Shown here: positions 26,621 through 40,836 of the stretch, piece by piece
Layout: each line of letters starts with the position of its first letter
Position numbering within the stretch: position 1 is the first letter of the stretch
From: Somniosus microcephalus
Taxonomy: Eukaryota
Length of the DNA stretch: 64,000 nt
Assembly: GCA_052327205.1 (NCBI GenBank)
Contig: CM126234.1
Coordinates: forward strand, 32,302,001 to 32,366,000
Direction: 5' to 3'
Notes under the pieces: generated by a model
Database searches by the model: none
Told to the model about the DNA's origin: nothing
What the model saw: the letters and a program-made list of their open reading frames with translations, nothing else
Made by a program: the position numbers and the translations under genes

Positions 26621-27329
26621 GTACGTATGTTAAACAATTTGTCAAAGGCGGTCAGTTTTGCAAACTTACCTGGGGAAAGTGTCTTTCTTAAGTGCAAATA
26701 ATCAAAATTTTATAATACTCCAATTTTACCTCAGATTTTCTCCTAACTTTATTTTTAATTGACCAGTTATCTGCCTTCCCTCATTTCCCTCTCCCAAGTC
26801 CAGAAGGTGAGATAGTGTGGGCAATGGATTTTTCCAGTAACTATTAGTGACACCAATTAACAATTGGTGAGTGACTGGCACGTATGGCTAAATCATGTGG
26901 TCTTTGTGGAAATGTATAGAATCATAGAAATTTACAGCACAAAAGGAGGCCATTTGGCCCATCATGTCTATGCTAGAAAAGTTTACAAGCCAGCCAGGAA
27001 CTGGTTTGTTTTGAGGAGTACATAATGTTCCCTAGTGAAATTAAATCAGATTTTTAAAAAATGTTTTAAGATAATGAATTATTTGAATATTAAGAGACTC
27101 TTAATAAAGTTTTAAGTTTATTCATATTAATCAAAGTAGTGCAGAGATTAGGTGTATAATTGGGAGTGTGACTTTTTTTGGAAGAAAATTAAAAATACAA
27201 TAATCTACTTCAAGTATGTAAATCTTTTGGTCATCTCTGAATCCAAAGTTGATGGCACTCTTTTATTTGCTGATGTCACGTGGTTGATTTTGCTGGTTTG
27301 TGATGTTTTACACTTCTTGTTGCTCACAG

Positions 27330-27473
27330 GAAGAGGCAGAGCTGCGCAGCGATGGAACAAAATCCACCATCAAACCCAGCCAAATGTCAGTGGCCAGAAT
27401 CACGTGTGTGCGAGGTCAGGGACCGAATGAGGGTGTTCCCTTCATTGACGATTATATCTCCACACAGGAGCAG
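27330..27473 (+). CDS. PAN2: PAN2 coding exon ([23 protein letters not shown]...DYISTQEQ)
   Basis: cacag| ... |gtaatg, 144 nt. Confidence 0.96.
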
Positions 27474-27887
27474 GTAATGTGATGAGCACTAGTGCTGCTG
27501 ATCTTACAGTCTAATTTGGGTGACCTCTGTTTTGCAGTTGATATATACAAGTATATTGTTTAATATTACTAATGTAAATCATTACAGAGCACTCTACTTA
27601 ATCTATTGTCAGACACTGTATTCGCCGTTCGTTCCTGGGTTTTAAGTCCACTGTGCTGGTATTAATTTCTCTTGGCTAAGCAGAGAGGCACCAAATCGAG
27701 ATCAAGCATCTTGCCACAGCAGGAGTGGAAATCCTGACCGCTCAGTGTGGCACCAACATCGACCTGAGTCTGCAGTGTGTGGGGAGAAGAAAGCATCACT
27801 TCTGTTGATTAAATGTTATTTAGATTCGATCTGAAAATGATTTTGTGTGCTTATTCCACAAGTTTTGTCTTTTTGAAAAAACAATAG

Positions 27888-28067
27888 GTTGTGGACTACC
27901 TGACTCAGTATTCTGGAATCAAACCTGGGGACCTTGATGCCAAAATCTCATCCAAGCACCTAACCACCTTGAAGTCAACATACCTGAAACTGAGATTCCT
28001 CATTGATGTTGGAGTGAAGTTTGTGGGACACGGGCTGCAGAAGGACTTCAGAGTCATAAATCTTATG
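27888..28067 (+). CDS. PAN2: PAN2 coding exon ([16 protein letters not shown]...[14 protein letters not shown]), ExoII motif
   Basis: aatag| ... |gtaggt, 180 nt. Confidence 0.96.
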
Positions 28068-30373
28068 GTAGGTTTAAAAAGTTCACTTAAATAGAATAGA
28101 ATCATAGAATAGTACAGCACAGAAGGAGGCCGTTCGGACCATCGAGTCTTTAGGATAAACCACCTGTAATGACATCCTGTACTTGTGGACATTGCCACCA
28201 TCTCCCTTCCTCAACTCCTATTCCATCAAATCTTGCTGTGCTGGTAGCTGGCCTCCTGGTTGTCCTGGCCATCTTAATGGCACTGCCAAAGGGAGAAAAC
28301 GGTGTTGAGAACAGAGGATCAGTGAGGAAATGTTCAATTTCACTTCGATACACCGTACTTTGTTATGGATACTTAATTAGGATAAGTCTGGATTTATTCT
28401 AGGGTGGGAGGAGCCCGAGAGGATGCTTTTTTTAAACACTAGAATCACAGCACAGAAACCGGCCACTCAGCCCATCAGTTCTGTTTTTCTCATTTGAAGA
28501 GAATTCCACATTTGAAGATTTTTTTTTTTCCCTAACCTTTTTAATTTTTGTGATGATAAGTTGGTGCTCCCTTGTTACTGTCTCGCCGACCTGTTCAACT
28601 ATACAGTGAAGTTCGCTTGTACCTTTGCTACATGGCACACAGTGATTTTATATGTTCATAATAATGTGCAGTCTAACCAGAACAAAGGAACGCACTGATC
28701 CTTGATGGATTTTGTCTGATTTGCTGCATTATATCCACAAATGTTTTTTTTATAACTGCAGATGCTGGAAAGACAGCAGGTCTGCCAGCACCAAAAAGAA
28801 AAAAGGTACAAATATAAAAATAAGTGCTTACAAATGTTAATTTAATATCCCCAAAAGTGACAATAGGTTAGAGTCATATTTTCAGCAGCTTTTTTTTCCT
28901 TCTAAGGGAGACCCCCTCTGTGTCCCCTTAGTCTTTCCCATAAAGATCTGCAGCTACTGGGAGAGTGCAAACTGGTGATTTTTAGGGGGAGCCCAACTGA
29001 CGTCAGTCCCAAATGTGGAAGTTAGATGGGTTTCAGTATGAGCTGCATTGTTTCTGACAGATGATGCACAATGGGACTCGTAATCTACCAAATCACTAAG
29101 TGACGTAACTTTGTTTTGTTACTGACCAGGTGGCATTTATTGCCCACTCCTAGTTGCCCTGAGGGCTTTAGGAGTCGACCACATGTGGAGTCACATGCAG
29201 GCCAGATTGGGTGGGGGTGGCAGCTTCCCTTCCCTAGAGGACATTAGTGGACCAGTTCAGTTTTTACAATAATCTGGCAGCTTTCATGCTCATTTTCTGG
29301 TGCTGACCCACAAATTGCCAGATTTATTGAATTCAGTTTCACAACTTGCCATGGTGGGATTTGAAATCATGACCTCTGGGTTACTAGTCCAGTACCAGAA
29401 CCATTAGGCTACCTTAACTCCAAGACTGGAGTTATTTATGCTGTTTTTTGTTGATGAACCACCAAGTTCCATTGTTTCTCTCTTTGAGGGGTATTTTCTC
29501 CTCTCCCTGCCTCTCGCGAAGGTGCTGAAGTTCTGTAGGAGTTGCCATTTTTCATACGAGTGTCAGCCGTAAGTGTTGGCAACCTAATTGACTGGAGGGC
29601 AAATTGGAAAGTGAGGCTGATCTTGACTTGCACTTCCAGCAAGGATCATTGAATAATAGTTTGGAGCAGGGGTCCTGACTTTTACTCTACGGTAGCGCAG
29701 AGGTGCTGAGGATAACTGTAGTGCTCTTATTGCCATCCCAACTGCATTTGTCGAACTACCACACATTGCAGTGCATTTAACAACCGAGGTCTTGGGAGCG
29801 GGAACGCCTTTATAAGAAAAAATAGCGGCGAAAACAAAATTAAGCCAATTTTCCAAGTGAGCATTATCAGTGGGCGAGGTTCCCTGTTGCTAGCATCTAC
29901 TTGGTAAATGAGCACTAATGGCTTTATTCCATGGGACTTAATATGGCAGGAGGCTGCTGTGTTCTCTGTGATAGAGTTCTGCCTGTGATGTCAGTTCAGT
30001 GTGATGCAGGCTGGCTGTGGTGCATGTTGTAGAGAATAGCAGCCAAATTTGCAGTAATGTTGCAATAACCATAATCTTCAACAACAAAAAAACAACACTG
30101 GCGTAATCAAAGTTTAAAGAAACATAAGCAGTATAAATTTCTGGCCTGAGGGAAGACTGTTTAATAGGTTGCCATCACCGGGTTATACATGCGCCACCAG
30201 ATCTATTGTGTGATTTCAGGAGTAGAAAAAGGCAAGTTTCAGAAATATTCCACCACCTCTGTTCAGTGTGGTGTAAATTGAATGCTGCTCCAGCCCAAGG
30301 AAATGTTCAGTGAGCTGGTTTTATAAATTTCAGTTTTAGTCTAATGTATTTCTCTCCCCATTTCCATCTTCAG

Positions 30374-30467
30374 ATTCCAAAGGAGCAGGTGATAGACACT
30401 GTGTATTTGTTTCACATGCCTCGGAAGAGGATGATTTCGCTGCGTTTTCTTGCATGGTATTTTCTAG
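30374..30467 (+). CDS. PAN2: PAN2 coding exon ([31 protein letters not shown])
   Basis: cttcag| ... |gtttgt, 94 nt. Confidence 0.96.
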
Positions 30468-31268
30468 GTTTGTATTTGTTCTGGTTTAAGATTTTTAGCT
30501 TTTGTTAATGTCAGTCGATGTGCACCATTCCAAACGCCCCTGTAATCAGTTGCGGGTCATCACTTGCGGTGAATTACGTTGATGAGATTGCTGCCTGCAT
30601 TGAGCTTGCTGAATTACGTGACATTAATTCTACCATTGCATGAAGCACACATGGAACCACCTGTAGGGGAAATGATACTCCCCAGTGTTTCAGTGAGATT
30701 ACTGCCTGCTTTGTATTGGCTGAGCCCTGTTGACCTGGAAGGTCTCATCCCTGGTCTGTGTTGCGTTAGCTGACCTCACCTGGGGCACCACAATTGACCT
30801 TCGTGCACCTGGAATAGCATGGGGTGGTGGGGGGAAGCAGCCAGGGGTCCCACTCCTGATCACTATCCAGCATCCCATCCTGGAAAGTGCACATTGAGGG
30901 GAGGACATGATCAGGCTCAGCTGTGATGTTCTCCAGTCAAATAGCCTGCTGATGCACTCCATTTAGGCTCACATGAAAAATGACCACTTAGTTAATGGGA
31001 ACTGGTGCCAGAGCCCAGCAAGGAGTCAGTGCCTGCAGGAGAGGAGGGGGAAAATTGGGCAAGAAAATATATATAGTGAGGAGCTGGCAATGAGGAAGTC
31101 CTGCTAAACCTTTATAAATCACTGGTTAGGTCTCAGCTGGAGTATTGTGTCCAATTCTGGGCGGCACACTTTAGAAAGGGTGTCAAGGCCTTGGAGAAGG
31201 TGCAGGGGAGATTGACCAGAATCTGGAGAGACTGATTGGCTTCTTGTACTGTTCCACTTCTCTGACAG

Positions 31269-31472
31269 AACTCAAAATTCAGGGTGAAACGCACGACAGT
31301 ATCGAGGATGCTCGCACAGCGCTGCAGCTCTACCGCAAGTACCTGGAATTAACTAAGCATGGCATAGATGTGGATGAATTCCGGAAAATATTGAAAGGTC
31401 TATATGAGAAAGGCAGAAAGATGGACTGGAAAGTACCAGAGCCTGAAGGAGAGGTGCAGAACAGTCCAAAAA
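31269..31472 (+). CDS. PAN2: PAN2 coding exon (LKIQGETHDSIEDARTAL...KVPEPEGEVQNSPK), ExoIII motif
   Basis: gacag| ... |gtaaag, 204 nt. Confidence 0.94.
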
Positions 31473-34247
31473 GTAAAGTACCGTTTTTATTTCCTTTTTT
31501 GGTGTGACAGCATTTTATTGCTTAAAGTTAAAATGTAAAATTTTATCCTCATCAAAAATTGCTGTATTGTACTGAACTTCACCCTTGGAAAATCAGACTG
31601 TTGGGGAACTCTGTGGACACTGGCATTCCCCTCCAGCCTAGATTGATGAGATGAAACCTCTGTCTGCTGGCTGTAACAATCCTACATGGTGAATTTGGTA
31701 GTCTGAATCCAGTTCCTGGTTGGCATGGGCCTACAGCACAAAACTGTCCTCAATTCAGCACGAATTGGCAATCTCACTGAGTCCACAAGACAGCTGGAGT
31801 AAGAAATGGAAAAATGTCTCACTGGTACGGTTGAGGGACTTATTCGGTGTCTAATCATGCTATACCAGACCCCAGAGTCTTACTATTCCTCTGCCACCAA
31901 CCTACTCCACATCCTCCGTTCCACTATTGAGAGTTGCTCTTTCAGCTGTCATGCCCCTACCCTCTGGAAGTCTCTCCCCAAATCCCTCTATCTTGCCATG
32001 TCCTCCTTAGCTTTCAAAAGCCCCCCATAAAACTCTTGTCTTTCACCACATCTTTGGCTCCTTCCAATAGCTCTCTTCCTGCTTTTCTGTGTTTTTTTCC
32101 TCTCCCTCTTGATTGGCATCCATTTTTTCCCTCCTTCGTAAAACCCTTCAAGACGTCTTTCTGTACTCCAGGGAAATGTAAGTTGTTAATGCTGACACTG
32201 GATGCTCAAAATGGAAAATATTCCCTTTCCCAGCACTAACATCCCTCCCCTTGAGCAAAAAAATTAAACTATCTGAACTTGATCTTAATTTGAACATCCA
32301 TTTCATTCTATTTCAAACCTATTTTGTTTGAACTGTAAATGGGGCCAGTACAAAGATGTTTCCAAGCCCACACCCAACAGTTGAACTAAGCTGCAAAGAA
32401 TTTCTGTAGTTGCTGACACATGCCTGGGTTCGTATTATCTGCTGAGATTACTCCAGCCATCTAGCACTGCCAGACTAAGTAACTGCTCTGAGCTAATTCC
32501 TTCAACAAGACCGAGATTAGAATCATACAGCACAGAAGGAGGCCATTCGGCCTATCGTGCCTGTGCCAGCTCTTTGAAAGAGCGATCCAATCAGTTAGTC
32601 CCTCACCCCTGCTGTTTCCCCATATTCCCTTCAAATACTTATCCTGTATTACTCATTTTTTTAAAAACACTGCATATTTATGTTTCAAGGATTATGATAC
32701 TGAGATTTTCTCCTTTTAACCCTTACCTTTAAGTGTAATTCTGTGTTGTACAGTTTCAACAAAATGCTCATAGGTTATGACAAATACAAGCTGCACAATG
32801 GGCGATATGTAGGTTCTGAAGATAAGCCAAAAATATCAGCACATGACACTCTCAGGTTCCACACGTGATTCATTCCTAATTGAACAATCGTATCAAACTT
32901 GTATATAACTTTTATTTCATTGAAGAACTCTTTCTACCCATGACTCTTTTCTTCCCACCAACCGCCTTCAAGCTTGAAGCAAAACACTTTGCGATTGGAT
33001 AATGTGCTGATTGAGGCATTTATTGCCCTGGCAGTAGTTCATACTGGCCATAATCCACTGGAGTCATCTTTCATATTTCCTGTTCTGTGTAGTTAGTAAA
33101 GGTTATTAACTGTAGAATGTTACATAAATTAAGAATATAGAGTTTTGAAGAAACTTTTTGATAGGTTATTTATAAACAATGCTATTTACCTTTGGTCATT
33201 GAGGCTCGTTGCAAGTATAAAGTGATGTGATAGGTTGTTATGTGATTAACAGCCAGCTTTACAGAGCTAATAGTTTGCACAATTGGTAGTTCTCTCGTTT
33301 AAGTCAGAAGGTTGTGGGTTTAAGCCCCGCTCCAGTTCCTCCAGTGTTCTCGCCAACATTCGTCCAATCGCAGATTACCTGGTTATTCGTCGTCTTTGTT
33401 GTTTATGGGACCTTGCGGTGCGCAAATCGGCTGCTGCATTTGCCTGCATAACAGTGACTGCACTTCAAAGGAAATCTATTGGCTGTGAAGCGCTTTGGGA
33501 TGTGAAAAGATGCTATTCAAATGCAAGTTCGCTCGTTCTTTGGTTAAGCATCTGTTTGTTTTCAAAACTTAAAACTAATTTTTAAAAACCATCCTGTTTC
33601 CATTTCTGATGTATCCCCATGCCAGCACCGTATGCAGCTAAGAGGACTGGCTGCCTGGCCTATACCAACATTGCTGTGTAGCCACCCCACACAGGGGTGT
33701 AGGAATGCTTGGAGTGATTCCCTCACTTTCTGTCGGAAAGCAGCTGGCCTGTTCTCCGGGCCTCAAAGTTGTAACGTGATTCAGATCTGGAATGCGACGT
33801 GCAATGAATCACTGGTCAGTAGACATCTAGATCTGGCTTTGAATCCACCTTGGACTGATGGAATGAGAGTCTCCATTGTGATAGCTGCAGTGTGCTTGTA
33901 GGTGTGGGCCCACAGGACAGAACTAGCCATAGTTGGTACTAAATTACCAATCCTACCCAGAGAGAGACACCAATGGCTGGTATGAGCAATGGAAATATCA
34001 CATTGGTGCATTTTTGGCGCAAATTAGAGGGAGCTCTACCCTGCATCTGACATTGGGTGTGCTTAATGCTGACCCTGGGTGGAAAAATGTTCCATTCCCC
34101 AGTACATATCTCACCTGATAAGCGCAAAACATTGGAATCCGCTTTACATGTTTCTCATTGCCCATAATGAGTTGATGGGGGTTAATCTCGATGGTTTTTT
34201 TAATGCAGATTCTACACCTTCAAGCTTCTCTCTTTTTCTTAAATTAG

Positions 34248-34281
34248 GCACCCAATTTTCCCACCTCTGATGGGTTTATAA
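34248..34281 (+). CDS. PAN2: Tentative terminal coding exon of PAN2
   Basis: Pyrimidine-rich acceptor tctctctttttcttaaattag. One frame gives HPIFPPLMGL*, resembling the PAN2 C-terminus, but the phase does not match the upstream donor. Confidence 0.35.
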
Positions 34282-35568
34282 TGTGAAGAAACATGAATGA
34301 ACTATCTAACCTAACGAGGAGCGAATCCTGCAGCATTTGAGGGGGAAAAAGTTTGTATTTTTAACAGATTCCAGAAGAAACCTGTTTCTAAATGGAGACT
34401 GCGTGGAGTGGTGCTTAAACTGTCGCAGTACTAAATTATACCACTGAAGAAAACTGATCTGACTGGACGAAGAATGGGGAGGAAAGTCAGATTGTTTGGG
34501 GAAAAAATGGAAACAGAGACGTGTTGTGATATAAAAACAGACAATGCTGAAACACTCAGCAGGTCAGGCAGCATCTGAGGAGAGAAACCGAGTTAACGTT
34601 TGCACTCGTCACTGCTGAGGACTGGCATTCCGCCAAGGCTCCCAGATCTCGAGGTTTCTCGGCAAACATTGTGCTTTTTTAAAAAATTCATGTTTTCCCT
34701 CTGTTTTCTTAAGCCTTTCCTTCACTTTCTTGCTCCCTCCTTTAAAAACGAATGCCCTCCTGGAGCTGTGCTCATAGGACAGAATAACTTCCCCGTGAAG
34801 ATGAAGGCAGAATGTTTAATCCAAATAGCCCAGGCGTGGCTGGCAGACTTCGAAGTTTTGGCAGCTCTGAGATTGAGTAAAAATCTTTAAAACACCCCAG
34901 TGTTGGCCAAAATTTGCCTGTTGCAGGGAAAAAAATGGAAGAAAATACATGGGGTTCATAAACCCAGTGATGGTAACATTGTCACGCACTGCCATCAGGT
35001 TGCACATGCATCTATTATTCAGTAAAATCATTGGTTTGCAAGAAATGGTAGCCTTCCCTGCTGTAGAGATCGTGTTTTAAATAGTCATGTTGAATAAGGT
35101 ATTCCACGTTGATTTTAACAGTTCAACAAAATCTTTTAGATTGTTTTATAAAACAATCAGGATATGGGAATGATGTCATGATGGCACCCTCACCATGGTA
35201 ACAGTCCACACTATTCCAAGATTGTATTTAAGGCCCCCCCTCCCCTCCCCTCCCCTCCCAGATAGCCAGCAGGATGATGTAGGGTCTTCAGCCACTACAC
35301 TGCCGATGTTCCTGAACTTTCAGGGCTTTTAAAATTATAAATGTGGCCTTTTTGAGCTTACAAAGAATCTCCAAATGGCTAGCAATCTTTATTACAATAT
35401 TTTACATATACCTGTACATGTGGTGCGAGACACTATCCATATTCGGCATTAAGTTACATATGTACTTGCATTGGAAGGAAAATCATTTGCACTTCCTATT
35501 ACATAATTGGAAGCTCTTTTTAAAAGTTCAGTTGAAAAAGCTCTGGTCTACTGTTGTTTTCTGAAGAT

Positions 35569-35574
35569 AATAAA
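35569..35574 (+). terminator. Candidate PAN2 polyadenylation signal AATAAA
   Basis: AATAAA followed by T-rich sequence at the end of ~1.3 kb of UTR-like sequence. Confidence 0.4.
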
Positions 35575-35949
35575 ACTTTATTTTTTAAAGAAACCCCTGG
35601 TCTGGTTCTTTACTTATTAATTTCTTCATTCAAGTCAGTTTTTCATAATTCTGCATCCTGCTGTAAGTAAAAACATTTACCGTGATTGAGCCAAGGCTGC
35701 ACTTGCATACAAAAATCGAGGTTTGCAATTTGTTAGTTGATCCGTTTAGCCCAATTCATGTATCTATTGAAAATAAATAACTGGACTTTTCAACAAAAAA
35801 AAAGTGAATGCAGACAAGTGTGTACATAACCTGCTGTCAGTGTCTTGCATCAGGATTCTTATCATGAATGCAAACTACGTTTAAGAGCAGGAATTTGTGA
35901 AATATTTGACAAGATTATGGAATTGTGTGTAATAAACCTGAAAATTGTT

Positions 35950-36540
35950 AATAAGAACATAAGCATTAGGAGCAGGAGTGGGCCATTTGGCCCCTCGAGC
36001 CTGCTCTGCCATTCAGTAAGATCATGGCTGATCTGAACTTGGCTTCCACTCCACTTTTCTACCTGTTCCCCATAACCCTTGACTCCCCTTTAGTTCAACA
36101 ATCTGTATATCTCCGCCTTGAATATATTCAGTGACTCAGCCTCCACAGCTCTCTCGGGTAGATAATTCCAAAGATTCACAACCCTCTGAGAAAAGAAATT
36201 CCTCCTCCTCTCCGTCTTAAATGGGCGACCCCTTATTCTGAAACTATGACCCCTCGTTCTAGATTCCCCCACGAGGGGATCTCGGCATCTACCCTGTCAA
36301 GCCCCCTCAGAATCTTATGTTTCAATAAGATCACACCTCATTCTTCTAAACTCCAATGAGTATAGGCCCAGCCTTTCCTCATAAGACAACCCCTTCATCC
36401 CAGGAATCAACCTAGTGAATCATCTCTGAACTGCCTCCAATGCAAGGATATCCCTCCTTAAAAAAGGAGACCAAAACTGTACGCAGTACTCTAGGTGTGG
36501 TCTCACCAATGCCCTGTACAGTCTTAGCAAGACTTCCCTC
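35950..36540 (-). mobile_element. CR1-clade LINE 3' fragment
   Basis: Peptide SRTRGHSFRIRGRPFKTERRRNFFSQRVVNLWN is a CR1 ORF2 C-terminus. Confidence 0.85.
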
Positions 36541-39500
36541 AAAACATTGGCACTGTAAATATGTATAGGATTTGATGTAAACGTAAGTATCTTAAAGCAG
36601 ACATACTCCTTTTAACTGCGAGGCTCCTGTGTCAACACAAACTTTGTAAATCAAAAAGTGCAAAAATAACCAGTAAATGTACAAGTATTGATAATTTAGG
36701 CAACCCATACTTCCACACTTCACTGGATTGGGGAGGTGCCAGGTGGGAGCCAGCCACATCTGTAGGAAGAAAACAAAGTAAAATTTGCTCTTGCATACCG
36801 AGTAATGTTTACAGAGAGGTATTGGAGTAAGCCTGGAATCTGGTGATTATGTGCACCCTTTTGGTAATGAGGAATACTGCATGGAGAACAGAAAGTCAGC
36901 CCAAAATGGCAGTGGGGAAGAATTGAGTTCCAAGGTTTAAGAATTAATTTACTGCATGACCTGGAACTGAGAAATAATATGGGCGCTGGTGCCAGTCTGT
37001 CTGTAGCGAGGCCTGTGGAAATGTGAAGTTATGATTTTAGCATTGTTATTGAATTAGTTTTGAATGTTGTGTTTGAGATGTGATAATGAACCAGATGCCA
37101 CGAAGTCTGTAACAAAAAGGTTAAGGTTTTATGTGACTGTTGAAATTCAAACCCTTTTGTGTTCCCTCCAATTTTCCCCTCATTCATTTTAATGGACAGA
37201 AAAATTGCTGGCTGGTGAGCACAGTGGAAAACACTAGCGACTGATTCTTGGTGGCCCTCTGCTATCTTACCCAAGTGGCCATTCTTCGGGTGAGTGTAGG
37301 CAGGGAATGTTAGCAGGCTATTCAACTTTTTGTTTTAATTCTTGGAATGTGGGCGACACTGGTAAGGCCGACATTTAATGCCCATCCCTCATTGCCCTCA
37401 GAAGGTGGTGGTGGGTCTTCTTGAACCACTGCAGTCAGTGTGGTGATGTTGCTCCCACAATGGTGCTAGATAGGGAATTCCAAGATATTGACCCAGTGAT
37501 GACTTTAAAACAGAAACTTACTTCTTACACCGTGAAACATGCTGCAGTTTCAAAGTGGGCTAATTTCACTGCTGGCCGGCATAATCTTAAATCTAGAACT
37601 TTTCTGAAGTTCACCCGACACGCTCGCCCGGGAAACTCTCCTTCAGAAAAGCATGCTTCCCGCAGAAATACAATCCAAATCCCATTGAAGTTGAAAGGGA
37701 TGCAATCCAATTCCTACGTGCTGCATCTCCTTTATCAATATTATTAAAATGTATAGCCAGTTTTTGACAAAGGCATATGATGCTGTGATAAAATGTGAAA
37801 TCTGCAGCCATTTAACCTAATTAGCACATTAGACTTCATATGTTTTCCCTAACAACTTGCACCTTGTGAAGGCTATCGCAGCCATCATGTCTGGTTTCTG
37901 AGCTCACGGTTCTTCCTTTGAGGGAATACCCGGAGAGTCCCAGGCTCATTAACCCTCACATGCTGTTTCCAGCAATAAAGACCAAGTTAAAAATTCAACA
38001 CTGACAAAAAAAAACTTTTGTCGCAGCTGTATGCAATTTTCAGATGGACTTTGGGTTTTTAAGAGTTAAAGCGGTGATGAGGGGAGAAAGTAGTGTTTGG
38101 CACATCGGCTGAAATTGATCTCTTTAGAGGTAGCTTTGACCATGGTATTTGGAAGTGCTGCCTGAATTCCATTGTGTTTCAGCATGTCTATTCAAACACG
38201 TGGAAAATGCCAACGGTGCCTTTGTTCTTAAAATAGCCTGATGGACAGTAAGAGTAGCAAAACTCCTGATTGTCAGTTTACAAAAAGCAGTACCTGGTTT
38301 TGCATATACAGCAACCATTGCTCAGTCTGGAGGCTTTTTCACTGCTTGGAGTATGAAACCTTCCCGTCCCACTTTCAGCATTTTAGGTGTGGTTCTTTCC
38401 AGAGTATCGCTGTTATTCTTCCCTTGCATTTAGTTACTGGAGTTAGAGGGGGGGGGGGGAAATTGGTACTATTGATTTTAGAATTGTATGATAAATTAGA
38501 ATTTACCCCAAATCATTATGAATTGTTCAGATAAGTCGGTGCTTTTAATTCCCAAATTTCCTTAACCATGTTGTATGGAGTCTCTCCTTCAGCTGTAGCA
38601 GTCTTATTTAAAAATAAAATCCAGGGATTTACAGTATTATAAAACTTTTTTTTGCCTTTGAGATCAAAATTATTACAGAAGTCCACCATAAACCAATTTT
38701 GTCTGCTTCTAAGGCCCATGTGTGAAATATTATCAAAACCAATAATTGGCCCCACAAAATAGTTTTCCATAGTAACAGAATGACCATTGATGTCTTAATG
38801 TGACCCAATATGTAACATCATGCAGTAAATATTTAACCTATGCTGAGGCGAGACCGTCTGCGAGCTCATTGAAACTATCAGTTCAGAATCCTGGAAAATG
38901 CACAACCCAATTGTGTTTCTGAAAATCCAGCTAAGGAACACCCCAGACTAGGAGTGGCAAAAATCCCAGAGTCTAGTTACTCCAGTGGTCCCCCTCTCCC
39001 TCCACTGCAACCTATCTTGTATCTCTATTTTAATACTACAAGGCTGCTCTTCTCTTGTTCCTCTTCGATTACAAATATGTTCTACACGGACATCCTGTTC
39101 CCCACTTCCTCACTGTTGAAAAGACAACTTTGTTGCATTCTCTCTCTTTTTTCTGTCCCAGGGCCTCCCGCACTATGGAACTTATCATCTTCAGGCTTCC
39201 TTCCCTCCTACAATCTTGAGGCTTATGAAACCTGAACTTGGTGTCTCCTAATTTACTTTCCTTTCTCTATTTTCAACCTTGGTGTCTTAAAGTATGGACT
39301 TGAGCCTTCATTTGGCTTCAATTTAAACCACTTGGAGCCTACATAAAAAAAGTGAAAATTAAAAGGCACTAGTAATGAAGACAGTAGTTATTGGCAGTTT
39401 ATTATACATCAAATCTTTAAATTTCATGAAAAATGGTAGTACAGCATATAAATCGGTTTTGCTACATTATCTAAAACAGTTTCTAAAAAGTCAGTTTAAC

Positions 39501-40109
39501 ATCAAACAATCAACAAATCCAGATTTTTTTGGGGTGTTACTGGAACTCTTGGAACTCTGTTCCAGAGTTTTGCCATAGCTATTGTGTGACAACACCATGC
39601 AGAAATGTCATTTTAACCACTGACTTGAAGGTACAAAGATTGGATTATTGAGAATTAATATACACCCATCCCATAAAATAAAGCAGAGACACAGCAATTG
39701 ACCTCGCTGCCCATGGGTTAGGAGAAAAAAGAAACTAGCTGGGATCCAACTCCTGATCATTTTAGTGTTTCCCTGCTTGAATGTGTGTGTGTCTCTATAT
39801 AGTACACACACACACACACACACAAAGAGCATATAATACCTCTGCCTTGATCTCATGGTCAAATAAACAGCCAACACTCAATCTAGTCTCACCCACACAT
39901 GAAGAATGGCCACTTGGGCACAGTACCAGAGGGCTCCTAGAACCACACCCCAGGGGTCAATGCCTTTGAGGGATGGGGAGAAAATTGGAAACCAAAATAT
40001 ATATATTTTTTAAGTAAGTGAATTCATGGCATATGCATACAGTCATTGCATTGTTGGTATATGGGCACGTCCTTAAACTAATTTGCCCAAGTATTTTAAT
40101 GCTACAGTG

Positions 40110-40402
40110 TAGATGCTTCCCCTGGCTGGAGAGTCTAGAACCAGGGGTCACAGTCTCAGAATAAGGGGTCGGCCATTGAGGACTGAGATGAGAAATTTCT
40201 TCACTCCGAGCGTGGTGAATCTTTGGCATTCTCTACCCCAGAGAGCTGTGGAGGCTCAGTCGTTGAGTATATTCAAGACAGCGATGATAGATTTTTGAAT
40301 ATTAAGCAGATATGGGGATAGTGTAGGAAAGTGGAGATGAGGTAGAAGATCAGCCATGATCTCGTTGGATGGCCTACTCCTCCTATTTCTTATGTTCTTA
40401 TG
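40110..40402 (+). mobile_element. CR1-clade LINE 3' fragment
   Basis: SRTRGHSLRIRGRPLRTEMRNFF motif and tail ttcttatgttcttatg. Confidence 0.85.
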
Positions 40403-40836
40403 CTTTGACAGACCTACAGGTAAGAGGCCAAAGGGAGCATTTTTGATTGGCTGGAATGAGTAAAGCCAGCAGTGGCCAGATTTTCACACTACTACAGAAC
40501 TTTTCATTGTTTTTCAAAGCAGCAACAGAACAATCATATATAATAAATAATTAACTATTTAAAAATAGCAAGACACTCATTACAGTTACTGTACAATAAC
40601 TGCTTTCCCTTGTCCAAGAGGTTTTTTTATGATGATGGATCAAGGAAACAGTGCACACCTGATTTACTGTGTAATGTTTGTGTGCTCCAAATCAATTTTG
40701 TATATCAAATCTTTTATTTTTAAGAAACAAAATGGGGTAGGGATAGTACAACAAGATTTCTTTTTTTTAAAAAGGCACTTAAAATTTGTGACATTGAGTT
40801 TAGTGTGAAGTAAAATGCCACCCTAGGTGCCTACAG

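Larger units (their letters stand above)
2121..31472 (+). other. PAN2: PAN2 poly(A)-specific ribonuclease gene, partial (linker, pseudo-UCH domain, DEDDh nuclease); 5' WD40 exons lie upstream of the window
   Basis: 18 AG/GT-bounded exons join in consistent phase into a PAN2 peptide: [16 protein letters not shown] (inactive UCH box), then [15 protein letters not shown] and HDSIEDA (DEDDh motifs). Confidence 0.97.
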
